Positions 1 through 7,878 of a stretch of DNA of 8,020 nt are shown one piece after another. The stretch lies in the NCBI RefSeq assembly GCF_006345805.1, contig NW_021828556.1, positions 1 to 8,020 of the forward strand. The letters are read 5' to 3'. The position numbers and the translations under genes were made by a program. This DNA is from Octopus sinensis. Taxonomy: Eukaryota. Numbering within the stretch: position 1 is the stretch's first letter; each line of letters begins with the position of its first letter. The notes below the pieces were generated by a model, which was given only the letters and a program-made list of their open reading frames with translations, made no database searches and was not told the DNA's origin.

Positions 1-39
1 AACCAAACGTTCTTTAAATCTGTATCTATACAAATTTAT

Positions 40-126
40 GATAATAGATAGATTAGATAGATAGATAGATAAATAAATACATAGATAGATAGATAGGTAG
101 ATAGAAGATAGATAGATGGATAGATA

Positions 127-161
<35 letters not shown>

Positions 162-181
162 TAGATAGATAGATAGATAGG

Positions 182-222
<41 letters not shown>

Positions 223-250
223 TGATAAATAAATAGATAGATAATAGATA
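40..250. repeat. Degenerate (GATA)n tetranucleotide microsatellite
   Basis: GATA units visible directly, with many interruptions (GGTA, AAAT, GATT, dropped bases). It ends at ...tagata(250), immediately before the retroelement 3' end. Confidence 0.97.
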
Positions 251-578
251 TGTTTCTTATTAGCCACACAGGCTGCACACAGATAGAACAAATTACAGGT
301 TAAAAAAAAAGGGAGGGGGGGTTTCGATCAAAAGGGATCGTAAAAGGAGAGAAGAGGACAAAAAAAGGGGGGGTTAAAAAAAAGGGGAGAGGAAAAAAAA
401 TATCAATAGGGATCGTTATCACAGAATGTCAATATGAAGTGTAAAGGGGAGGACAGGTGAGTTTTACCCGTGGAAGAAAAGCCTACGGAAAAGACCACGA
501 TAACCTCGGTCATGAGTCACATGTTATATTTTTTCTTTTTTTTTGCAAATAAGCAACTCTCTGTATTAATTTTTAGGT
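251..578 (-). other. 3'UTR of copy 1, pyrimidine-rich on the sense strand, with conserved hairpins
   Basis: Lies between the reconstructed ORF2 stop (TGA 579-581) and the GATA junction. Blocks shared with copy 2: ttattagccacacag, cgatcaaaagggatcg, tatcacagaa, ccgtgg..aagaaaagccta..gaaaagaccacg. Confidence 0.85.
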
Positions 579-937
579 TCATAGAATCATAGTCAAGGTG
601 GCTTCGTCATTCATACGTGCCATCCTTGCTACATTCACCCATCTTTTTTAAAACATTCACTAGACAAAACTTCCTCTCTACTCTCACTTTCCTCTTCAAG
701 TGATACTTGAAGAAGTTGATGAGAGATTGACCAGAGAGGAAAGTGTTTGTCTCTAATCCTTTCAGGCGCGTCCACCAGATACATTCTTTCGCCATAGCCA
801 CAAGTATGATAAAAATAGCTCTTCCTTCCCGTTTGAAGGAAGGAGGCGTGACGATATAACGATAGACTCGGCTGATAAACCGACACGTCCCATACGTGAC
901 AGCAGTCGTTCGACATAAGCCCACAAGTCGGAATTGC

Positions 938-994
938 TGGACACTGCACGATTGCGTGCAGAGCGGTTTCGTCGCTCTGCCCGCATCTCGGCAG
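938..994 (-). other. C-terminal CCHC zinc-finger motif of ORF2 (CPRC-GQSDETAL-H-AIVQ-C)
   Basis: PRCGQSDETALHAIVQCP appears in the ORF track. The first Cys is restored by the one extra C seen in copy 2 (TCPRCGQSDETVLH). Boundaries are approximate. Confidence 0.8.
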
Positions 995-1086
995 GTCGGC
1001 CCCGTGTTCTCGAGCCATGCCTATAGAGCTTATCCCGAACGGGTAGCGCTTCTCGGTAGCACCGCCAGGCCAGGGATCTCTGGAAG

Positions 1087-2421
1087 TTATCCATAGGTCC
1101 CGGGCCGAAAGTCGTTTGAACAGCGGGTCAGGTATTCCTCGTCGACGCCCAGGTTTGCCCCGAGATCGTCGTCGTACCTCCCCTCCACTAATCCCCTATA
1201 GAATGCTTTGGTTGTGTTGAAGTCACTCAAGGTCGACCCGGGACGGCAGAGTTGCTTGAGAGCAACGCGACACTCGCGGTGCCATTCGCCCTTCCTCGGC
1301 CTCTTTTTGATCCACTGCAGTTCGGTCATGGAGACGAGTTGCGGGAAACGTGCCTCACAAACGGCGACCACACCTGTTTCACCGACGTCTACATAGAGCC
1401 AGAGATGTCGCAGTCTCAGCGCGTGTCTGCGCACCATCAACCACGGCATGCCCAGCCCTCCTTTTAACGGGTGTTGACAGCAACTGGATCGCCTGACCAT
1501 CGGGACGCATCCTTTCCACAAGAAGCGGAAGAGAATGCGTTCTAGTTTGGTTATGGTAGGGTCGGGACAAGATACGACGGTCAGGCGGTAGTAGATGATG
1601 GGCGCGATGTACTCGTTCGCCACCTCCGCCCGACCTTTTAGGGACAGTTTCCTCTCGGCCCATTGCTGGGTGAGAGTGACCACCCTACTCGTTATCTCGT
1701 TCCAGTTCTTCTCCATTTGGAGGTCCGGACCGAACCAGACCCCGAGCAACTTAACCGGGCCGTCTGTCCAGCGTCCCACGACGGAGGTACTGGGCGACGG
1801 CATGGGCTTGCTTCTCCAGGTGCCGAGCCGCAAGCCCACTAACTTTTCCCGGTTGATTTTTGCTCCTGTCACCGCTTCGTAGTCTTTTAGTGTCTCGCCG
1901 ACCCGCTCGATGTGCGCGTGGCTTGACACTATGACGGTGACGTCGTCCGCGTATGCAGACACGCTCCTCCCGCATCCAGCTCTCGTGGATGCCCTCAGCG
2001 TCGCCAGTTTCCGCAGTAGTGGCTCAAGAGTCAATACATACAGCAGCGATGAGAGGGGGCATCCCTGACGAACCGAACGCATGATGTTAAAAGGTCTGGA
2101 TAGATGACCATTTACGCGAACTACTGAGCGGATGCCGCTGTATAAGGCAGCATCCAACGCGGAATACTGGACCGAAACCACCGCTTTAAGGACAGCCTCC
2201 AAGTAGTGATGGTCTACCCTATCGAAGGCTTTTGATTGATCCAAATTGATCAGCGCCCCACCCATGCCAGGATTCTTAACTACCCTGTCTATGATGTAGC
2301 GCATCAGATGGAGGTTGTCATGAATACTTCTACCTGGCACGGCGCATGTTTGTGCCTTGTCGATTAGTTTATTGATGACAAGCGCCATCCTCTCGGCTAA
2401 CACCTTGGCCAAAATTTTCAA
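1087..2421 (-). CDS. Reverse transcriptase core and thumb region (longest open stretch, 444 aa; a fragment of ORF2, not a separate gene)
   Basis: KILAKVLA, GRSIHDN, LDQSKAFDRVDH, VRQGCPLSSLLY, YADD (1942-1953), KINREK, LGVWF. The upstream motifs SPGLDGLP and RPITLLNAD lie in adjacent frames. Confidence 0.93.
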   Translation of the reverse strand: MKILAKVLAERMALVINKLIDKAQTCAVPGRSIHDNLHLMRYIIDRVVKNPGMGGALINLDQSKAFDRVDHHYLEAVLKAVVSVQYSALDAALYSGIRSVVRVNGHLSRPFNIMRSVRQGCPLSSLLYVLTLEPLLRKLATLRASTRAGCGRSVSAYADDVTVIVSSHAHIERVGETLKDYEAVTGAKINREKLVGLRLGTWRSKPMPSPSTSVVGRWTDGPVKLLGVWFGPDLQMEKNWNEITSRVVTLTQQWAERKLSLKGRAEVANEYIAPIIYYRLTVVSCPDPTITKLERILFRFLWKGCVPMVRRSSCCQHPLKGGLGMPWLMVRRHALRLRHLWLYVDVGETGVVAVCEARFPQLVSMTELQWIKKRPRKGEWHRECRVALKQLCRPGSTLSDFNTTKAFYRGLVEGRYDDDLGANLGVDEEYLTRCSNDFRPGTYG

Positions 2422-3249
2422 ATCTGCGTTGAGCAGAGTGATGGGCCTGAAATTATCTATGACGTCCCCTTGTTTGGGTCTTTCTAATCAGTGCCACTGC
2501 TTCTCGCTTACAAAAGCAGGAATACTCCCGTTTTGCTGCCAGTTGCAGTAGACAGCTGCCAAGACGCCTCCAAACAAGTCTCGGCATATGAAATAAAGTT
2601 CGTAGGGCAGACCATCCAAGCCTGGTGACTTGTCTCTCGCGCAGCCTACCATCGCATCCTGTACGTCCGCCGCTGTGATAGGCCTTTCACAAGACTCCAC
2701 CTCTCTTGCTGAGAGTCGTGGCAAGGCATGCAGGTAGGCACTAAAGTCCACTCTGCGTTCTGACCCACGACTTGTCCCAAACAGTTGGGTGAAGTGTTGT
2801 TGAAAAGCCCCACACATCATTTTAGGCTCGAGCACTTCGCGCCCCTGTTCATCTATAAGAGACTTGATGGTGGCTCTGTTGCCTCGTTGCGTCTCCACCA
2901 CTCGGGCCTCTTGGGCGGCTCCAACTCCTTCGTTCCTCTGAGCACGCATCCTAGCTCTGACAACGCATCCTTCGTGTTTGGCGTTGAGGTGTTGGTCGAG
3001 GGCCAATCTCGCCGCCAGCACGTTGGACGCGATGCCAGTTCTAAGTGCCTCTTCTAAAACCTTAACTAATTCTCCCTCTATTCTATTTCGGTCTAATGCT
3101 AGGGCTTTACTGTATCTGACTGATTCTGCTTTAATTGCTTTTTTTAGGGCATACCACCATCTGTTGTTGATGATGGTACCTGTCAAAGCTCTCTTAACTA
3201 ATGTGCTGATCCGGTCCCTGTAAACCTGTCGTGCTGTAAAAGACGCGTT

Positions 3250-3979
3250 CAGTTTCCCTGCCTATGTGTCTTATCTACGTCTAGCGTACAAGTCACAAAC
3301 TTGTGATCTGTGTAACTGACTATATGAAATTGTGGACAACCTACACTATTTTTATCTATTGTCCTACAGAATACTCTATCTAAGTATGATCTGGACGACC
3401 CGATGCGGTTACTCCATGTCCACATTGGCACATTCGGGTGGTCCAGTCGGTTACCTGTCAGACAGTTGGAAACGTCTGAGCAGGTCTTGAGGCATTTGCA
3501 TCCCTTCTATTGCTATCTCTGCCCACGTAGTCTAGATGCGTGTCCAGGGTGGCATTCCAATCCCCCACAAAGTAAAGGACGAGACGTCCCATGAAAGACT
3601 CTAGACGTCGAAAGAAATCTGGTCGGCCTGTTAAGGACGGAGTATAAACTGCTATCAGTCGAAAAGCACACTCATTGCTGCCATCGACATCCAAAACGAC
3701 CAGCCTACCCTCCGGGTCTAGGAAAATTGCTCTTACTTTGAGATCCAGACGCTTTCGGAGAAGCACCGCGGTGCCACCTCCGCCCATTCTCGGTAGACAC
3801 GGAGAAAAATAAATGTTGAAATGTGTACCGAAACTGTGCTGGAGTGCCCGCGAGCTGCGGAGTCTGGTCTCACTGATGGCTATGATATTCAAATTTAGTG
3901 ACTTGATGTCATTTAACAGGTAGCCTTGTTTCCAAGGCGACCCCAAGACACGTTCATTTATACTGCCTATTCTGAGCAT
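3250..3979 (-). other. APE-like endonuclease domain of ORF2
   Basis: Motifs in the expected order: IGSIN, AISET, GRLVV, AVY, GDWNA (GDFN-like), TWSN, SYLDRV, YTDH (SDH-like). Confidence 0.92.
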
Positions 3980-4046
3980 GTTCCGATAAAAAATTGTGTT
4001 TTACACACGAAAAGAAAGTGCAAAAAGGAAAGAGAGAGAGAAAAGT
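3980..4046 (-). other. 67-nt ORF1-ORF2 spacer with a polypyrimidine tract
   Basis: Between TAA at 4047-4049 and the ORF2 ATG at 3979. The sense strand reads acttttctctctctctttcctttttgcactttcttttc. Confidence 0.65.
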
Positions 4047-4972
4047 TTACTTGTTGTTCGAAAGTCCTTTGTTTTTCACCTCACAGTCTTCTTCCATGAG
4101 GTTTTTGTATAGTTTCTTTGATGAATACTTTTGAAATCTCCCTACTGCATCAGGGTAAAGAGATTTCAGGGTGCTGTATGTGTTCTGTGTTGCGGTGTAT
4201 TATTTTAATGTGGGTTGTGGTGGTGTTGTGCGTGGGTGGTTATTTGTTTTTATGTCGTTTTCAGTTATGTTGGTGTTTGACCTAATGTGTTCCATTAGGT
4301 CGTGGTTGTTGTGTTTATGGCTGTCAACATTGTTGGCGGGTTGATGATGGTGTTGTTTGTGTTGATGTGTTTGTTTTCTGTGGATGTTTTTGTTTTCGGG
4401 AGTGGTGAAACTTCTGCTTTGTTTGTTATCTTTTTTTTTCTTTTTTTTCCCCTTTTTCTTCTCCCCCCTGTGGCTATTTGCCAATCCTCTGTGTCTTCTT
4501 CGTCTAATGACAAATCAGAGGAATCAGAGCTTGGGAGAGGGAAAATATTGGGGTCTATTGTAGACTGTGTTGATTTTGTTGTTGGTGTTGGTTGGTGAGC
4601 GTAGGTTGTGGTGTATGCGGTTTTGGAGGTGGGGTGTGGGTATTTTGTGTTTGAGTGATTGTAAGTATTGTTGTGTTGTTTGGGGTGTCAATTTTGTGGG
4701 GATTTGGAGTAATAATTGTTTCTTCATTTCGATGAGTGTCTTTTTGGCAGATGTCCTTGGTTTGGGAGTTGGTTTATTCTTGGTTGTTGTTGTTGGTGGT
4801 GTTGCTTCTGTTCTTGGTGCTGTGGTGTGGTTGTTTGGTTGGTGAGGTTTGTTTTTTGTTGATTTTCTGTGATTAGTCCTGTTCGTGCAAAGCGTGGTGT
4901 GGGTAGTAAAGCTGGTTTATTTGTTTTTTCCGGCTGCTGTTGTTGTTGCTGTTGTTTTCTTGCGGCAGATTT

Positions 4973-5014
4973 GCAATCTTGTTTTAGGTGTTGCTCACTG
5001 CCGCATATGTAGCA
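4973..5014 (-). other. Single gag-type zinc knuckle, CYICGSEQHLKQDC
   Basis: Exact CX2CX4HX4C spacing. Confidence 0.92.
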
Positions 5015-5839
5015 ACGTGGCCTTCTGCCATCGGCGACCACATACAACTTGTGGTCTTCTGATACACATATCTGGGTGGTATTTTCTTTATGTCCTCTTG
5101 GTTTATATGTAGTAGAAATTCTACTTTTTTCCTACCCAGTTTTTGTGCTCCGTGACCGTAGTTTCTAAAATTGTAAAATCTTCCATTTTCACACTAGCCA
5201 TAGATTGTTAGCTATTTTTGGGACATTGTTTAAAGTGATCTTAGTCACTTTCTGTCCACGATAGCTTGGTGTTAGTTGAAGTTCATCTGAATGAAGAGTT
5301 AGCGTTGAGAAACGTCTTGCTAACTCTTCAGTGTGGAATACCACTTGTATGTGTGCGAACTTGTTCCACCAGGTCACATACTCTTTGTAGTTCCAGATGG
5401 GTTTCAAGCATTTTTCGATTTTGCTTGTGTTAGCCTTCTCTGGACTTTTTGTTTTCTTATTAATTATTTTATATATAATAGTTCTTTTTTTTTCATCTTC
5501 TAATATTTCTTGTGGTATGTTTTTTTTTACTATACCATCTACTCCGTTATTAAAATGTTCGTATCTTTTATTTTGTTGCAGTAAAATATACTGTTGTCTT
5601 TTTTCTTTTATCGCCTCGGCGAAATTTGTTGTTGTTTTGTTATTGTTGTTGCTCGTGGCGATGTTGTTGTTGGCTGCAGTTGGTAAAATCGGTGTATTTC
5701 GTTTGATTGTGCAAGTAGGAAGGGGTGGAAAATTACTTGCATAGTTTATCCCTGTATTCAAGCAGCTTTTGTGAATTTGTTTGGTGGTCACAGTCTTTTG
5801 TTTATTCCCTTCAGTTCTTGTTGTTGGAGGAAACAAGGT

Positions 5840-6095
5840 CTGAACGGGATTGTTGTTGTTGCTATTGTTGTTTTTGTTGTTGGCGGTAGTGTCAGTGGCA
5901 GAAGAGACAGCCGTGGCAGCAGATGTCGAAATGGTGGCGCAAATGTTATTATTCTTGTTGTCATTGTTATTGTTGTTGTTGTTGGTAGTTGAGGTAGTGG
6001 ATGAGGTGGCGGTAGTGGTGGTGGTGGTGGTGGTGGTGGAGGCGGTGGTGGTAGCAGTAGTAGTCTTGTTGTTGTTGTTGTTAGTGGTGGTGGTG
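5840..6095. repeat. Trinucleotide-rich low-complexity region ((GTT)n, (GTG)8 at 6015-6038) encoding poly-Asn and poly-Thr in ORF1
   Basis: Directly visible repeats that stay in frame within the 5189-6136 ORF. Confidence 0.85.
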
Positions 6096-6216
6096 ACAGG
6101 GCTGTTACCGCAAGTGGTTGCAGCGTTCACTACCACGTCATTCAGGTTTGCACTTTGCGTGCATGAGTTCTTTTTTCTTCTCCTAGCGTTTCCAGACTAG
6201 GAGAATGTTGGTCCAT

Positions 6217-6444
6217 AAAGGAACGCGACCAGCGTTCTACAATACAATTTCTCGACATTTTTTAATGTCGAGAAGAAAAATACACAAATTAAATAGGGCT
6301 GAAACTGCGAATTCCTCCCTTGGAAAAGCACTCAAACGAAATTTGGGTGCCTTACACACCTTATTTACAAAAATGTACACAAAATATGGGCTATAAATAG
6401 TCAAAATAAACGATTACCTTCGGAGCCAAGATACAGCACGTCCG
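6217..6444 (-). promoter_or_regulatory. Putative 5'UTR / internal promoter region of copy 1
   Basis: Non-coding, AT-rich stretch between the candidate ATG and the microsatellite. It contains perfect hairpins (6221-6237, 6249-6274) and a DPE-like GGACGTG at 6437-6443. Promoter function is inferred from LINE biology. Confidence 0.55.
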
Positions 6445-6450
6445 TAGATG

Positions 6451-6500
<50 letters not shown>

Positions 6501-6534
6501 GATAGATAGATAGATAGATAGATAGATAGAAGAT

Positions 6535-6625
<91 letters not shown>

Positions 6626-6670
6626 GAGATAGATAGATAGATAGACAGATAGACAGACAGACAGACAGAC

Positions 6671-6704
<34 letters not shown>

Positions 6705-6705
6705 G

Positions 6706-6783
<78 letters not shown>
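6445..6783. repeat. (GATA)n microsatellite with an internal (GACA) block
   Basis: 339 bp, mostly pure GATA, with GACA at 6644-6647 and (GACA)5 at 6652-6671 and a few point variants. Confidence 0.98.
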
Positions 6784-6784
<1 letters not shown>

Positions 6785-6790
6785 CTTTCT

Positions 6791-6796
6791 TTTATT
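6791..6796 (-). promoter_or_regulatory. AATAAA polyadenylation-signal-like hexamer at the element 3' end
   Basis: tttatt on the plus strand at 6791-6796 and also at 7961-7966 (copy 3). Copy 1 has AATAAG at the equivalent site, one A short. No poly(A) follows in any copy. Confidence 0.55.
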
Positions 6797-7088
6797 AGCC
6801 ACACAGGGCTGAATACAGAGGGGACAAATACAAATGCAGAGCTTTTCTTTTCGAGGGTGGAAAAAAATAAAAAATGTAAGGTTGCGATCAAAAGGGATCG
6901 AGAGGAGGAAAAAAAAGGAAAAAAAAAGGAAAATCGTGTATCACAGAAATAATGGTGTAAACATTGATATAACAAGATTGGGTTCATCCGTGGGAAGAAA
7001 AGCCTAACAGAAAAGACCACGGGAACCCCAGTCAGGGAGGAAATAACACATGAGGTCAAAAATGCTCTCTTTCTTTCTTTTTTACGAT

Positions 7089-7875
7089 CTACAGGATCAT
7101 GCTCAAAATGGTTTCGTTACTAGGACGCAACATCTTTGCAACATTCACCCATCTTTTTGAATCTTTCGCGAGACAAAACTTCCCTCTCCATTCTCACCTT
7201 CCTTTTCAAGTGGTACTTGAAAAAGTTGATGAGCGATTGGCCGGAGAGGTAAGTGTTTGTCTCTAATCCTTTCGCTCGAGTCCACCACACACATTCTTTC
7301 ACCATGGCCACCAGTACGATGAAAACTGCCTTGCCTTCCCGGTTGAGGGAAGGGGCGGAGCAATTCTCACGATAGACTCGGCCGATAGGCGGATTCGTCC
7401 ACACGTGACAGCAGCCGTTCGGCATAAGCCCACAGGTCGGAAATGGTTGGACATGCACGAGTGCGTGCAGAACGGTTTCGTCGCTCTGACCGCATCTCGG
7501 GCAAGTCGGTCCAGTGTGTCTGGAACCGTGTCTGTAGAGCTTTCCCGAACAGGTAATGCTTCTCGATAGCACTGCCAGGCCAGGGATCTTTGGTGATTGT
7601 TCATAGGTCCCGGCCCGAAAGTTGTCCTGAACAGGCGGGTCAGGTGTCCTCGTCGACGCCCAGACTCTGCCCGAGTTCGTCGTCGCACCTCCCCTCCACT
7701 AATCCTCTATAGAATGCCTTTGTTGTGATGGAGTCGCACAAGTTCGATCCCGGACGGCAGAGTTGCTTGAGAGCAACGCGACACTCGCGGTGCCATTCGC
7801 CTAGCCTCGGTCTCTGCTTGATCCATGACTGTAGTTCGTCCAAGGAGACGAGCTGCGGGAAAGCGCGCCGCACAA

Positions 7876-7876
<1 letters not shown>
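7089..7876 (-). pseudogene. C-terminal fragment of ORF2 in copy 2, including the CCHC finger
   Basis: FVRRAFPQLVS...EWHRECRVALKQLCRPG...TCPRCGQSDETVLH...KECVWWTRAKGLETN...FFKYHLKRKVR. The stop TAG is at 7089-7091 after frame correction. Confidence 0.88.

Positions 7877-7878
<2 letters not shown>

Larger units (their letters stand above)
579..3979 (-). pseudogene. ORF2 pol (AP endonuclease, reverse transcriptase, C-terminal zinc finger), split by frameshifts
   Basis: ATG at 3979 (MLRIGSIN...). ORF-track pieces 3458-3979, 3249-3431, 2488-3186, 1087-2421, 762-1094, 635-1018 and 607-924 join into one collinear L1-type ORF2. The reconstructed C-terminus ...WVNVARMARMNDEATLTMIL* (TGA 579-581) aligns with copy 2 ...WVNVAKMLRPSNETILSMIL*. 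Confidence 0.93.
4047..6216 (-). pseudogene. ORF1 gag-like nucleic-acid-binding protein, frameshifted
   Basis: Pieces 5189-6136, 4724-5047, 4295-4513 and 4047-4199 are collinear. A low-complexity T/N N-terminus is followed by a globular region (...HIQVVF...KVTKITLNNVP...), the CCHC knuckle, a Q/T-rich linker and an acidic-then-basic patch (DEEDTEDWQIATGGRRKRGKKRKKK). The start is uncertain: the nearest ATG (6214-6216, MDQHSP) needs one frameshift, while the ORF track starts at GTG 6136. Confidence 0.78.
251..6444 (-). mobile_element. Near-full-length non-LTR retrotransposon, L1/Tx1 type (copy 1)
   Basis: Minus-strand order is 5'UTR, ORF1 with CX2CX4HX4C knuckle, 67-nt spacer, ORF2 (APE-RT-CCHC), 3'UTR. 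No LTRs or terminal inverted repeats. GATA tracts flank both sides. The two-ORF layout and motifs RPITLLN, KAFDRVDH, QGCPLS and CPRC..H..C fit the L1/Tx1 clade (from recall, no database search). Confidence 0.92.
6784..7876 (-). mobile_element. 5'-truncated copy (about 1.1 kb) of a related but diverged L1/Tx1 element (copy 2)
   Basis: Collinear with copy 1 positions 251-1361. Homology stops at cacaaa (7871-7876, matching 1356-1361) and is followed by aa and then GATA repeats. Same 3'-terminal sequence as copy 1. Confidence 0.93.

Noticed and set aside
1-39. Leftmost unique sequence as the 5' end of a further element copy
   Set aside because: It has no visible match to copy 1 and is too short to assign. 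It is probably host flank.
896-3594. Short plus-strand and alternate-frame ORFs over the pol region (e.g. 1595-1882, 2785-3057, 2978-3223, 1379-1663, 1751-1975)
   Set aside because: They are overlapping shadows of ORF2 in GC-rich sequence with no recognisable motifs.
5850-6200. Plus-strand hydrophobic poly-Val/Leu ORFs (5850-6200, 5771-5992, 5397-5744, 4302-4598, 4567-4845) resembling membrane proteins
   Set aside because: They are antisense shadows of the A/C-rich, trinucleotide-repeat ORF1, with no independent support.
6249-6274. Hairpin read as a bacterial rho-independent terminator
   Set aside because: The context is a eukaryotic LINE leader, the stem is AT-rich and no U-tract follows on the element's sense strand.
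6217-6444. Possible tRNA-, snRNA- or ribozyme-derived 5' head
   Set aside because: I found no A/B boxes, cloverleaf, U2/U6-like sequence, HDV P1 partner for GGACGUG or hammerhead core by eye. An Infernal/Rfam search would be decisive.
6445-6783. Repeat-unique-repeat layout suggesting CRISPR, LTRs or target-site duplications
   Set aside because: The repeats are simple 4-mers, the intervening DNA is retroelement, and a TSD cannot be defined inside a microsatellite.
6391-7059. ORFs rich in YLSI repeats (36-278, 6391-7059, 6401-6802, 7640-7984, 7801-7986)
   Set aside because: They are translations of stop-free (TATC)n frames. Only the part of 7640-7984 below 7876 is real ORF2 remnant.
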